A stretch of 64,000 bases of DNA from Rhina ancylostomus (lineage: Eukaryota): contig JARFYF010000029.1 of the NCBI GenBank assembly GCA_030265395.1, forward strand, positions 12,555,666 through 12,619,665, in the 5' to 3' direction. The notes below the pieces were generated by a model that worked only from the letters and a program-made list of their open reading frames with translations, did not search any database and was not told the DNA's origin. Both the position numbers and the translations under genes were made by a program. Positions within the stretch are counted from its first letter, which is position 1; the number at the start of each line of letters is the position of its first letter. Below are positions 48,441 to 61,885 of the stretch, piece by piece.

Positions 48441-49869
48441 CTATCCTGTGCAAAAGACATGCCAGCTGCAGACAGTGTTCTTCACCAGTTTGCCCAGATC
48501 CCTCTGACCCCCTGCAAGCACTCTTCCACTCTGCCCATCATTGCAGCATCCATTCGTTCAGTAGCAACACTCACCTGGAACAATGTAGCTTGCATTGTGT
48601 TACGTCCTTTAGAGAGGTGGCCACAGAAAACTTGCAGTGGATCAGTGGAGCAGCGATCTGCTGAAACTGATACTGCGGTGTTCTGTGAAGCACATAATTA
48701 AAATTATTCATCTTTCTGTGACTTTCATAAACAGCATTACGATGACCTATAATGCTGTTTTAACACTATTAAAAGATATTAAAGTGATTTCTAAATCTTT
48801 GGATGGTTCAGATTTTTGGTACATAGTGTGGTTCAGTTTTTATCTGGGCTAATGAATACACATTAGCTGTAGGAGGCATCTAGAGCAAGCCACAGAAATG
48901 ACTAAGAGTGTGCAACAATGTGCAGAGGAGAACCAATGTAAGAGTACAATATGGTATTTGAAACTGAAATTTGGAAGGGTAGGATGGTAGTTTTTAAATA
49001 TGTAAGTGAATATGTGCTTTATTATAATCAACAGACCTTTTTTAATTTGGAAATAATTTTCAGTTGTTTTGAATTAAGCCTTGTAAATGTCGAAGGAAGG
49101 TGCTGTAGTTTCCAGATTTTACTGCAGATGGTTGGGAATTAAACAGTCCATTGTCCAGACCATGAGATGAGTCAATTGACACTTTATGGGTGGGTGATGG
49201 GAGGAGGAGCTGACCGTTTCCTTCCCATTTACAGCAGAGCTTGCCTGCAAATTGCTTAGTTCGATCTGTGCCCTGGGTTTTGTGCCCTACCAGCTGGAGC
49301 TTTTCTGAATAAGGAATGTGTTGCAGTTTGTGGTTTATATTCCCTTGGAAACCTTAACTTATACCTATTTGCAGGAATTTGAATTTTATCCCTATGATCA
49401 AAGGCAATAATTCAAGGGTAATTTTAACAGTATACTCAGGAGTAAAGGTGAATTTTACACCCAATTGACCTTACTTCTGCCAGAGTCTGTTCTTGGTTAT
49501 CCAGTGGTACTGATTCTTTTACAGCTCCTGCACTCATTAACTATGATGTCTCCAGATGATCTATTCTTGACCCTCTGTCTTTCTGATCCACATCCCTTTG
49601 GGCAACACCATCAGAAAACGTGCTGTCAGTATTCACATGGAAACAGATGGCTTGTGGCTCCACCTCATCACTTCCCTTAGCCCCTCCATTGTCTCTAACT
49701 CGTCTCGCTCCTGGTTCAATATCCCCTGCCAGAAAGGATAGAATTTCCTCCAAGTGGGTGTTGGGTAGGCAATGACTTAGGTCTTCAGTTCCCAGAAAAA
49801 CACTGCACCAAGCCAATCATTGCCATTCTACTCTCTGGCATCTATCTGCAAGTAAAGCAAGTCCATTTG

Positions 49870-50370
49870 TAACTTTGATCTCATATTTGATCCCTACATT
49901 TTATCAGATCACATGCCCGTGCTGGTATAAGCTTGCTATTGACCATGTCTATCATTACTTCACCTCTGCCTCAGCTCAGCTGTTGCTGAAATCCTATTCT
50001 GCCACCTCGAATCTCATTCTTCCCTTCATAGACTTGAAAAACCCTGCCACCCATCTGCTAACTTTCATCGTCTTTTGCACTCGTGAGTCCTGTTTTCACT
50101 GACCAACATTGGCTCCAGACCACCTTTTAAATCCTCATTCCCTTTCTCAAATCCCTGTATTTCCTCACCCCTCTCAATCTTTATAATTTCCTCCAGCTCT
50201 GTGCTGATGCCCAAAGGTTGCTGTGCCCTTCAACTTTACCTTGTTGGTTTTAGTTGCTCCAAAGCTACCAAAACCTTTGACTCTGAATTTCCCACCTTCT
50301 TCCTCTCTCTCCTCCTTTTGGGTGTTCCTTAAAGCCTACCGAGTTTTTAATCACTAAAATCGCCTTAGAG
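49870..50370 (+). mobile_element. L2-like LINE remnant
   Basis: gctgaaatcc..cacctcga..caacattggctcc..ttttaaatcctca..ccttaaagcctacc pattern. Confidence 0.5.
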
Positions 50371-50389
50371 TAGAATTGTGTGTGATAAT

Positions 50390-50740
50390 GGGTTGCATAG
50401 TGACACCACTGTTGGTGCTGTTGCCTCCCAGGTGCTCGGGCTTGGGTTTGATACTGACCCCTCTGTGTGGACTTTGCTTATTTTCCCTGTGACTGCTTTA
50501 GTTTCCCCTGGGTGCTCCAGTTTCCCTCCATATCCCAAAGACATGCTGGCAGATTGCTTGGCTGCTTTAAATTATCCTTCACTGTGCATTAATGGCAGAA
50601 TGAATCAGAGAGGTGTTAATAGGCATGTGAGAGAGAATAAGTTGCAAGGAAATAATGGGGGGAATGGGATTAATGGAATTGCTGTCCTGTGAGCTGACAG
50701 GTACTAGAGGCCCAAATGGCTGCCTTCTGTGTCGTAATAA
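50390..50740 (+). mobile_element. V-SINE (HE1-like), diverged
   Basis: ggtgctgttgcctcccag..tgtgtggactttgc..ccctgtgactgc..gggtgctccagtttccctccatatcccaaagacatg. Confidence 0.8.
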
Positions 50741-51449
50741 GGAAGTTATAAATAAGTAAAGAGTTAATAATGCTCCAATGAAGTACCTTGGGATGTTTGG
50801 CTATGGTAAAAGCACTATAATACAAGATTTTGTTTCATTGAGCTCAGGAGATTATTGCAGATTCAGCGTAGATCAGGTTGGAAAACAGGCAGAATAGGAT
50901 TTAAACCCCTCTATTTTCATCTCTGAAGCAAAAAGCATTCGAAGTACTTAAATGTGTGAACAGTCAAAAACTAATGGTATCATTTCAGATCCCTCACACT
51001 GGCTCAGTAACTCCTGCATGCCTGTGATTGCAGCAAAATCCATCTCTCCATGTAGATAAAGCATTAAAGCAACAATAGTTAAGGCCAGTTTTTAATGGGC
51101 TGCTTCACTACGTATATGGAGGTACAAGAGAACTGAATTTGTGTCATCACTGTTGTATCTGCATACAGCTTCCTTTCTAATGAATGGTGGACAGATTGAC
51201 TAAATTAAAGGTTGGACAGCTGTCATGGTATCAGGCTGACTAAGACAGTTATAGAGGATCCTGGCAATGATTTTCCCTGTGGCACTCAGCAGGGAGATCC
51301 CTCTCTCATTCCCACAGTTAAATTTGTTTCCTTTGCTGAAAACAATCATAATTATGGTATCTGACGCCCTCTTCTTCCCAGATTAGGTTATGCATTTGTG
51401 ACTGATGTTCCTGACTGCAAAATTGTGGACTGTTTGAAGATCTTCAAAC

Positions 51450-51629
51450 TGTCATGGTTTGANNNNNNNNNNNNNNNNNNNNNNNNNNNNNNNNNNNNNN
51501 NNNNNNNNNNNNNNNNNNNNNNNNNNNNNNNNNNNNNNNNNNNNNNNNNNNNNNNNNNNNNNCCTGACTCCAGTCTTGTATCGGTGTGCCGCATTTGGGT
51601 TCTCTGCGAGCTTGCTCAACATTGTGACA
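51450..51629 (+). mobile_element. Solo LTR, family A (gapped)
   Basis: TGTCATGGTT...CATTGTGACA; flanks CAAAC / TAAAC (5-bp TSD with one mismatch); reverse complement of 19465-19811. Confidence 0.82.
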
Positions 51630-51679
51630 TAAACCCAGTGCAAAGGCAGCAGTGGTCCCTATCTTTCCACATGCATTTT

Positions 51680-52250
51680 AGACATGGATTACTTGCATCA
51701 GACACCTTAAAGTACAGGAGAGGTACTGCCAACATTGTCTCCACAAAATCCTCCAAAACAATTGGCAAGATAAGCAGACCAACAACAGTGCTCTCTCCCA
51801 GACCAACATTCCCAACATTAAGCCCTAATTACACTTGGTCAACCATTGATTAGGCCACATTGTGGACTTGTCTGACACTAGATTCCCTAAACAGACATTC
51901 CAGTCCAAGCTTTGTCACAGCAAGAGAAGACCAGTTAGACATAGAAAAGGATTTAAACATGTCTTCAAAGCCTCCCTGAAATGTTGCAGCAATCCCACCA
52001 ACCCCAAGGAATCCATGTCCAGTCAGGGTATAGGAGAAGCATTTGGGTTGACATTGAGAAATTTGAGTCGTACTTTAGAAACATGCAGAAGCCCTGTGTA
52101 AATGGAGGAAGAAGTGCACTAACATCCATCAGCCTGCCTCTCAAATTCCTCCTGTCCTATCTATGGCAGAGTCTACAGATCCAATATTGGTCTCAACCCA
52201 CTTAACTGGAATGCAAACAAGTCATGATTGATCCCAAGTGGCTGTCTAGC
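51680..52250 (+). mobile_element. RTE-clade LINE 3' fragment
   Basis: GHIVDLSDTRFPKQ..LCHSKR..RKGFKHVFKASLK. Confidence 0.75.
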
Positions 52251-54834
52251 ATGATGGAAGCTTAACTACTGTAAACCAGATCACTCAAAAACACCATCAG
52301 CACTGTAAAATTTAATGTTAATATGTTGTTTGACAAACAGAAGGAATTGGGTAGAGTAAATGTTTAAAATTATTAAACATAAAATTATTATACTTGAAAT
52401 TGAATTTTAAAAGGATTTGTGAAGAAATTATTTCTTTATATGTCTCTGAACAGTAGTATTAACTTAATCGTAGTTAATTATTAATATTAGTGCAATTTAA
52501 CTTAAAATCATTGAAATAATGCAGCCCCCTTTGTGCTGTGGAAAATGTCTATCGGGCTAACCTTTCACATGTTGATTAATAGCTTAATATTGCCAGATGC
52601 TTGGAGGAAGCACAATCTATAAACTGATTAGTCTTTTAGTCCAGCTACAAATATCTAGTGCAATCTTTCCACTGAGACAGAAGGGACTGCATGGAATTAA
52701 CTGATTAGTTGAGCAAAATGATGGTTCCTGCATAAAGCATCAGCAGGGTTGCTTCATTTGTCAATCGTGTGCTACTTATTGTTCCTAGCACTTTATAGTT
52801 CTAAAGCCATTTGTTTTTTTTTGTTATTCAGTGACACCATATGTTATTATTTTGAGCAGAGTAATATGTTCAAGTCTCTAATATGTTTTGTTTTCAGTAC
52901 AGCATTAGAACTGAGTGAATAATTGAAAATTGTACATCAGGCAAATTAAAATATTAAAATTAATACTAAAAATCACTTATTCAGTGCTATGGGCTGGGGA
53001 AGATCATGCATCTAATTGCTTTATCAAAGAAATTAAATTTGAGCAACTTTGATATTAAAATTTGAGCCATTTCATATCGAAAGGACATCTTGAGATTGTA
53101 GGAATACTCAAATACGTTTTTGGGAGATAACATTATCGAAAGATTATTGCAATATAATTAATATAAGCAACTCTCTGCAGTGCTTATTTAACCACCAACT
53201 AAAAGGAACTGATGTTCTTTACCAATCTCTGAAATACTGTGGCACAATGCAATGATAAAGGCCTTCCTTAAGAAACTGCGCAATGACCCTGTGTTAATTG
53301 CCTCACTAGATTTCTCCTATATACCATATTACTGAGTTTCTTAAACACCAACTTAAATACAGTTTTAATGTATGTTGCATTAGGTACAACACTGCATTTG
53401 AATTTCCTTAATTATTATGCAATTATCAATGGAACACTTGGACAGATTATTCATAACTGAATGTTGTAGTAAGGTACATGGTTAGGGTAAAGTTTAGATG
53501 GTTTTTGCCATACAGCAGCAGTTTCTGTCCACTTGTCTAGAGAGCTCTGGCGACAGTGAAAGCCGGGAAGTGGTGACTGAGACAGTAAAAGACTAGAGAA
53601 GAGCACAGCCTCACTTCTCAACATTGCACATTAGGAGCTTTAGAAGGTTGCTGTTGATAGATTTCCTCCTTTTTAGACTTATAAACATGGGTGACACACA
53701 GTCTCCTGATGTGTACAGTTGCTGTGCAAAGTTCCCCCATGTGTGAATTTCAATAATAACCATGATGTATTCTTGTTCAGAAAAAGAACCTCTATCTGCT
53801 TCCCTTGATATGAAGTACTAGGTAAGGTCAGATAAGTAACCTTCTCAACAACTTGATTTGATTGATATTCATTTTGTCAAGACCTTAAAAAGGAATCTGC
53901 AGCATCTAGTTTGCCACTGAAGTGTATTGAACAGCAGGAAAAGGAACTTGCTATTGCTTACCCCTAACTCAGAAAAAGTCAGGATTTGTCCATTCCAGTC
54001 GAGGTACTCTTCGGTGATAAGCAACCTCTTTCAAGCTAAAAATTAACACAGAAAAACTTGTTCCTTTATATTTTAAGTTAAAGATAAATAATTCAGATTT
54101 TCTTAACCTTTTTATAACCTCAGTTAATTCAGTCTTTCTTTGCCTTTATTTTGTTTTCTGAAAATGATCAAATTCTGACTTGTCATTTTAATGATTAATG
54201 TTGCCTATGTGATTGTAAATCCCATGGGGAGAAATTCTGGCTGAATTCTATGGAAATAGTAGACTAATCTAAAGCTTCACAAGAGACATTTAACAAGAAG
54301 ATTAGTTGAATTAGTCAAAAGCAGAGAGACAGAAAAGCTTCAGTGACAAATATCCTCTGACAATGTGCCAGTGGAATACTTATAGTTATTTACTAACTAA
54401 AATCAGAACTTAAAACACATTTTTCTCAAGTGTTTGAGGTATGTGTAGAATGATTGAAGCAGCTTGTTTTCTCAATAGAGACTGTCACATACTTACTGGT
54501 GAGTTAAGACACTTAAAGAGCCCTTAATTCTGCCACCAAGTCTTTGGTCTCCTGTCCTACTAGATCTACATCAATAGTGTCAAAATTTGTTTGATAGCAG
54601 TCCTGTGAAGCACTTTGGGAGATTTTACTATATTAAAGTCATTCCACTGTTATTTGGTTCCACTGCATGTTCCCTCATCACAAATACGGTCCCCCTGCTT
54701 AAAATCATCTATCATGATTATTGGTCTGCATTGACTTGCAGTTAGTCAACGTCTTAATTTCAAAATTCAAGTTTTTGTTTTCTGATTGCATCATTTCCAC
54801 ACCCCTCCCATTTTACCACACCCTTCTTTGTCAT

Positions 54835-55005
54835 CTTTAACTCAACCATTCAGGAACAGCTTCTTCCCCTCCTCCGTCAGATTTCTGAATGAATTCATGA
54901 ACACCAACTCATTATTCCTTTTATTTGCACTTATTTATTTATTTTTGTAATTTATAGATTTTCACGTCTTGCTACCGCAAGACAACAAGTAATAATAGTT
55001 CTGAT
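54835..55005 (+). mobile_element. Rex1-type LINE 3' end (different subfamily) within L2-like remnants
   Basis: caggaacagcttcttcccctcc..tcagatttctgaatga..atttgcact..gctaccgcaagacaaca. Confidence 0.55.
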
Positions 55006-55894
55006 TCATTTTCTAGTTCCATAATTCTCCAAGACATCTGTGGTGCTCAGAATTTAGCCTTTTGCTCATCTCTGAATTCAATCCCTATTCCAATGGCAGC
55101 CACACATTCAGATGCCAAAGTATTATGTTCTGGGAGTTCATCCCTAATCCCCTCCATATATCTAGATCCAGAGAGAGATGCAGCATGGAAACAGCCCTTT
55201 GGACCCACTGAATCCTTGCTGACAATCAACCACCCATTTACACTAATCCTACATTATCCCTTTTGTTAATTGTCCCCACATTCTTCTCTAATATCTCTGA
55301 TCTGCCTTGGGTTCAAATTTTGTTTGCTGATGTTTGCTGCCACATGTTATGTCTTTTTATGTTAGAAGTGTTGTATCAATACAAGTTGTTCTCTTTGAAT
55401 ATATCTGCATGAGAAGGAAAGTACTGGTGGTTATTAAGTGTGCTCCACATTAAGGATATTCAAAGTATCATAACTAAATATTTTGCATTCCCTTCTTCCT
55501 TCCACAACCGTTAACTCTGTTGTGAGATGCGTGATTTTGAACCTGAAAAACAGTGTTTTAAATCTGACTCAGAGGTAGAATAAGCACTGCAGAAAGGAGA
55601 ACCCATAGTGGTGCTTTTAAAATCCCCATAAATGATAGCTTTCATTGTTCATGATCATTTTGGATCATCACTCTTTACAATCCATCACCATTATTTTCGG
55701 TGCCACTGACTTTCTTCACTTGTGGTCTATTCTCAGAATGCTCTGACAACATACTCCAAGTGGTTTATACTGTCACATTTTCGCCACTGGAAGCTGTACA
55801 GGGCTGTACTGAATGATTAACCCTTTAATTTGTATCTTTCCTGGAAAAATGACAGCCTGCTGGTCAGTTGTAATGAGAGCACAGCATGTAGAAG

Positions 55895-56240
55895 TATCAT
55901 GGACTTAAATCTGTTGCGTTATCAGGGGCACAGACCAATTTGGTTATTATGTGTATAATTCTGCTGTGGTAACAATGGTGTGAAACCANNNNNNNNNNTA
56001 TGCAAATAGAGCTATTGGGTTATTATGGGAATGAAAATACTTGAATAGGCATAAAACTATTAGGGTATTATAGATTTGAAATTATTGGGATGGCATGAGT
56101 ATTCATGAGTGCAGATCTGTTGAGAATTCGTGGGCACAAACCAATTGGGAATTCAGAGATGAGAGATTATTGGGAACTCATGGACACAAACATATTGGGG
56201 ATTCAGACACAAGCCTAATGCGTATCTTGAGTGTGAAACT
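55895..56240. repeat. Highly degenerate minisatellite of about 24 bp
   Basis: Recurrent (a)ttggg-a/g-attca-n-g-n-cacaaa units, e.g. ccaattgggaattcagagatgaga and catattggggattcagacacaagc. Confidence 0.55.
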
Positions 56241-58269
56241 GTAAACTTCAGAACTGAGTGTGCACTAGTGCACTGTTTATTACTGCATGTTTGATTTTAC
56301 TTGGGTGTAACTCATCTGGATGGAGGGTTGAGAGGAAATTGAGGCAGACCATATAGTGCATTCAACTTCTGATTCATTGATGCAAATAGGCAGAAAGCTA
56401 AGCAGGCTTTATAATGCACAATGTTCCCAGACCACTTTTCTTTCACCATCTTTCAGTTCACTCAGTTTACTTCTACTTCAAGCTTGAGAAATATTGTACA
56501 AATAAGTTCTCAGCAAAGCACCAAAATTTCCACTATCAGTGTTTCTTGGATTGCAGATGGGACTAGCATAGTTGTTGACCTGATAATCTTTTTGCTTGTA
56601 CAACAGTGTTTGATTGGTTTAATTTCTTTATGCTGCAGCAGGTGCTACATGTTAATAAACCCATCATCTTCACACAAGCAGTCGTCCAACGGCTGGCCAG
56701 CTCTCACTGCAGCCATCTGCATATTAATGAAGCCATTAAGAGATTATGCACTGAATATAAAGCAACTAAAACAGTCAAAAACTGTCACACATTTAGAATG
56801 ACTGCCAAATAGGCTCTTACATCCCCAATAAATTTTATAAGTGCAATGAGTTTGAAAAAGGTGCCAGGAGCAGGATATTGCAAGACAGGAACTTTAATGG
56901 TTATGGATGGGAACTGTATGATAGTCCAGACTTTGGGTTGAGGTTTTTGTCAAAACAGAACCACAACTGGGGGACTCATTTGGCAGAAGGTTTTGATCTT
57001 GGTTGGGTGACGGTCGCAAACATTCTCCATGGTTGCCCTTTTCACCACTTTCTCCAACCCTATCTACATGGTTTCTTGACAGCCACTGATCTAGGCTTAT
57101 CTATGGAACAGATACTTTTAATGCCATTTTTGAAAATTATCAGGCTTGAATTATGTCGGTGATGCTGAATGTTTTAAGGCTTTTAGTAGATTAATGTGGA
57201 TACCTAAAGACAGGGCAGGGTGCTCTTAACACTTGAAGTAGTAATTGACCTCCAGTTGAGTATAATTTAGCTACCCACAAGGGTTTAAATAAATATGACT
57301 GTACATAAATTGACTGTACAATGACTGTACAATCATTGGGATGTTGCAATGAATGAATTGCCCTTTCTTCCATATATGATTGTTATTAATGGAAGTAAGG
57401 GACAGGCTCTTTAAATTGCCCTGAATTGACCCAAGTGGGGTGTGACATTAAATATTAAGTGATGCTGAATGACAAAATTCATAATGTAATCTATAAAGGA
57501 TTGTAGAAAATGCTTCTGTTGTGTTCTTGAAAGCCATGAACTATAAGAACCTGTGCTCACTATTGCTTTTAATGAGACATCTGGAGCTGAGCCATATCTT
57601 TACTGTAAGAGCACTTCCTGTTCTTGTGTCTATCCAATGTTAAAATCATGGATGCTTTCATCGGTGATCACCGTGGCAGTGAGTGAGTGGCGAAAATAGG
57701 ATCAGGATACAGGTAAACTCTCAGGGCTACAATATGGCTACTCCTACTGTGGTTTTTGTAAGAACACTGGAATCAGTACTTCAATAAAGATATTTACCAA
57801 AGGATAATAGACAAGTCCATAACCTTTCAGCTAAAAGCCTCGCCAAGGAATTGACTAAGTACTGAAGTTGATGGCAAAAACGTTTGGTGAAATATCTTGT
57901 GCAATCAGCTTTGTATTCACATATACATGAGTTATTGAATAAATGAATTCATCCTTTTTGTGAAGTCACTGAAACCACGCCATAAAATTGAGAAGTAACT
58001 TTCACTTGTTAATTTCTGGCTCTTGCAAACGCTGAAATATTTAGTGTGCAAATTACTTAGCAGGGTTAACTGATAGAATGAATAACAAAACCTGCTGAGT
58101 CTATTCACTTAGGCCATGGTAATTCAGAATGAAGTGGTTTCTTCAATAAAGAGTACCGTCTGGAATTTATGCAAATTAAGGAGGTTAATTTACGATAAAA
58201 CTTTCTAGATTATTGAGAAATCAATAACTTTAGATCATTGAAAATAGATTAAAATTTATATGAATGAAT

Positions 58270-58460
58270 GATTTACATTTCACATCATTTCAAAATGGTT
58301 TACAGCCAATGAAGTATTGTGGAAGTGTAATGCAAGAGGAGTAGTCAGTTTGTACTTAACAAACTCCAACTAATAGCAATGTTATGATAACATAACCATA
58401 TAATCTCATTTAATAACATGCAGTTTATGTATTGGCCAGATCATCTGTTCTTTGAGCAGT
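58270..58460 (-). mobile_element. Deu-domain SINE remnant
   Basis: tttacagccaatgaagta..gaagtgta..agcaatgttatgataa..ataatct..tattggccag; homologous to 36050-36170. Confidence 0.62.
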
Positions 58461-58499
58461 TAGCCTAACCTTAGTGATGGGGAAAATGCCAGAGGCTCT

Positions 58500-59870
58500 T
58501 ATAAACAGGACACTTAGAAAATATCATTGGGATTAAACAAGTTTAATTAAAGTAAAGGAAATCATGTCTGACAAACCTACTGGAGTTTTTGAAGGATGTG
58601 ACCGATAGAATAGACCTAAGAAAACAATGGATGAGGTGTGCTTGTATTTTCAGAAGTCCTTTGATGAAGTCCCACATTAAGGGTTGGTTTAAGTGAAAGC
58701 ACATGGTATTGAGAGTAATATATTGGCATGGATTGAAAATTGATTGGCAGAGAAGAAACGGAGAATAGGAATAAGATGGGTCTTCTTTGGGGTGCAGGCA
58801 GTAATTAATTTGACACTGCAGGGATCATGCAATGGTCTCAGCTATTCATAATGTATCAGTAATTTAAATGAGGGAATAAAATCTTAACCGGGTAAGTTAA
58901 AAATTCCCGTGCTGGAAGTTGTATCTTGCCTTAATAGTTTAAATCTCACCTCCTTTAAAGAACATGACTTAAGAAATGCTGTCCCTCAATCTGCTCCGAC
59001 TTCCAGTAAGGTTATGGCTGAAGTAATCTTTGGCCTCAACCAACTTCCCTGCATTGCTCCCATCATCCTTGACTCCCCAACAGTAAAAAAAATTATCCTA
59101 TCCCTGAATTTAACCACTGGCTTAGCATATGTAACCCTCCCTGGAATGGTGAATTCCAAAGAATCACATTCCCTTTAAGAGAAGAAGTTCCCCGTTAGCT
59201 CAGACTTCTGATTAACTCCATATCCTGAGGCTACGGCTCCTGGTTCTAGGCACTTGCACCAAGCAGAACATTCAGCATCTATCCTACAAAACCCTGTCAG
59301 AGTCTTCTGTGTTTCAACCAGATTATTATTATTAGTTAATATTAATATTGGCAGCTGATGCCCCGACATCTCGCTAGTTGCAACAGGCTAACCTGAATGT
59401 GAAGCTTTTATCACCACTCCGTTTTCTGTCTGTCAACTAATCCTCTGTCCATGCAATAAATCTGAGAGAACTTGTAACCTTTTCAGTGGCATGCTTTCAA
59501 ATGCCTTTTAGTATTCCAAACACACCACATTAATTGGCTTACCTTTAACTATCCTACTAGTTATGTCCTGAAAGAATTATAATAATTTTATTAAACACAA
59601 TTTCCTTTTCGTAAAGATGTTACTCTGTTTAGTCATGTTACATTTTTCTAACTATACTGTTTTAATTTTCTTAATAATGGATTCCAATATTTTGCTAACA
59701 GCTGCTAACCAGCCTGTAGGTCCCCATTTACTCGTCCCTTTTCTTTAAGTTACTGTTACTTATACTGTTTTCCAATCCACTGGTATCCCTTGAAAATCTC
59801 AGGAATTTTGAAAAGCCACGGAGAATGCTACCACTCAGCAGCTGCCTTTGTGGAATCCCAGATACAGGCC
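58500..59870. mobile_element. Old CR1 fragments, plus (58500-58880) then minus (58960-59870)
   Basis: GKSCLTNLLEF..FQKSFDEVPH..WIENW on plus; reverse CR1 RT and 3' sequence afterwards. Confidence 0.75.
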
Positions 59871-59899
59871 ATCAGACTGGTCTTAATCCAGCAGATCCA

Positions 59900-60150
59900 T
59901 GGGGAAGTATGAGAGCTTGAGTTATCAAGAGAGATTGGATAGACTAGGTCTTTTTTCCCTGAAGCAGAGGTGGCTGAAAGGTGACATGACAGAGGTATAT
60001 AAAATTATGAGAGGCACAGATAGGTTAAATAGCCAGTGTCTGTTTCCCATGGTAGGGGTGTCTAGAATTGGAGGGTAAGGTGAGAGGGAGGAGGTTTATA
60101 GGGGATCTGAGGGGTAAGTTTTCACACAAATAGTAGTTGGTATCTGGAAT
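59900..60150 (+). mobile_element. CR1 3' fragment interrupted by LTR family A
   Basis: cttgagttatcaagagagattggatagactagg..aaaattatgagaggcacagatagg..ttcacacaaatagtagttggtatctggaa. Confidence 0.85.
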
Positions 60151-60363
60151 TGTCACAATGTTGAGCAAAGAGCAAGCTCGCAGAGAACCCAAATGTGGCA
60201 CACCGATACAAAACCAGAGTCAGGATACTTCCACAGGACAAACGCAGGCAGCACTGGAAGGAATCTTGCCTCGGAGATCAGGAGAGGAATCCCAACACGA
60301 ACTGGATCTTCGAAAAGGAATAGAGAACACAGGACTGCTCTAGAGTAGACCACTCTAAGCAAC
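60151..60363 (-). mobile_element. LTR family A, third copy (other end in N gap)
   Basis: TGTCACAATGTTGAGCAA..cagagaacccaaatgtggcacacc..ggaatagagaacacaggact, collinear with 19465-19660. Confidence 0.85.
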
Positions 60364-60463
60364 NNNNNNNNNNNNNNNNNNNNNNNNNNNNNNNNNNNNN
60401 NNNNNNNNNNNNNNNNNNNNNNNNNNNNNNNNNNNNNNNNNNNNNNNNNNNNNNNNNNNNNNN

Positions 60464-61885
60464 CCAATATGGACTGGGTCTCCCTCAGTGCCAGAGGCTT
60501 AAATGGGTCAGAATTTGTTAGGTGCATCCAACGAGGGGTTCTTGAAACAGGATTGTTCAACCAGGGAAGGGGCCATACCAGACTTTGTATCAGGAAATGA
60601 GCCTAGCCAGGTGTTTCAGTAGAAGAGCATTTTGGGAACAATGTTCATAACTCAGTTTTAAGATAGTAATGGATAAGGATAAGGCTGGACTTAGGGGAAA
60701 GTGCTAAACTGAAGGAGGGCTAATTACAACAGTATTAGACAAGAAATGGGGAGAGTAGATTGGGAACACCTGTTATTGAGTAAGCCCACATCTGACATGT
60801 GGAAGTCCCCAGGGTCTGATGGGATCTAACCCAGGGGGAGGCAAGGCAGGAGTTTGCTGGGGCCTTGACAGAGATCTTTGTATCCTCTTTAGCGACAGGT
60901 GAGGTCCCAGAAGTCTGGAGGATAGCCAACACTGTTCCTTTGTTTAAGAAGGGCAGTCAGGATAATTGTAGGCTGTGGACTTTATATCAGTGGTAGGGAA
61001 ATTACTGGAGACGATTCTTAGTGACAGAATTTATTCACATTTGAAAAGGCATGGAATTATTAGGGGTAGTCAGCATGGCTTTGTATGGGGGAGGTCAAGT
61101 CTCACAATGCTGACTGAGTTATTTGAGGAGGCAACGAAGATGTTTGATGAGGGTAGGACAGTGCATGTTATCTACATGGACTTTAGTAAAGCATTTAACA
61201 AGGTCCCTCATGGTAGGCTGATCCAGAAGATTAAGTCACAGTTGGTAGGTTAGATTCAAAATTAGCTTGGCCATAGAAGGCAAAGGCTAGTGGTGGAGGA
61301 ATTTTATTTTGCCTGGAGGTCTGTGACCAGTGGTGTTTTGCAGGAATCATTGCTGGGACCTCTGTTGTTTGTAATATACATAAATGATTTGGACAAAAAT
61401 CATAGGTGGCCTGATTAGCAAATTTGCAGACGACACAAAAATTGTTAGAATCGCGAATAGTGAGGAAGGCTGTCAAAAGATAGAGCAGGATATAGCTCAG
61501 CTGGAAATTTGGGCAGAGAAATGGCAAGTGGACATTATCCAGACAAGTATGGGGTGTTGCACTTTGAGGTGAGGTGACGTCAAAGGTATACAGTAGATGG
61601 CAAGAGCCTTAGGAGCATTGATGTATAGAGGGATCTTGGTGTTCAACTCCATAGTTTCCTGAAAGTGGCAACACAAGTAAATAGGGTGGTAAAGAAGGCA
61701 TAGGGCATGCCTGACTGCATCAGTTGGAGCACTGAGTATAAAAATCAGGAAGTCATGTTGAAGCCACATTTGGAGGATTGTGTGCAATTCTGGTTGCCCC
61801 ATTGCAGGAAGGATGTGGAGGCTTTGGAGAGGAGGTAGAAGAGGTTCAGCAGGATGTTGTCCAAACTAGAGGGTATTAGTTATAA
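60464..61885 (+). mobile_element. CR1 LINE with RT region, frameshifted and internally deleted
   Basis: SVVGKLLETIL..SQHGFV..YMDFSKAFNKVPHGRL and ISKFADDTKI..WAEKWQ. Confidence 0.92.

Noticed and set aside
56260-56273. 14-bp perfect palindrome GTGCACTAGTGCAC (also short hairpins at about 5338-5358 and 37371-37392)
   Set aside because: A few palindromes of this size are expected by chance in 64 kb.
56374-56388. CATTGATGCAAAT as a Sox-Oct composite site
   Set aside because: Spacing is shorter than the canonical or compressed Sox-Oct motifs, and there is no supporting context.
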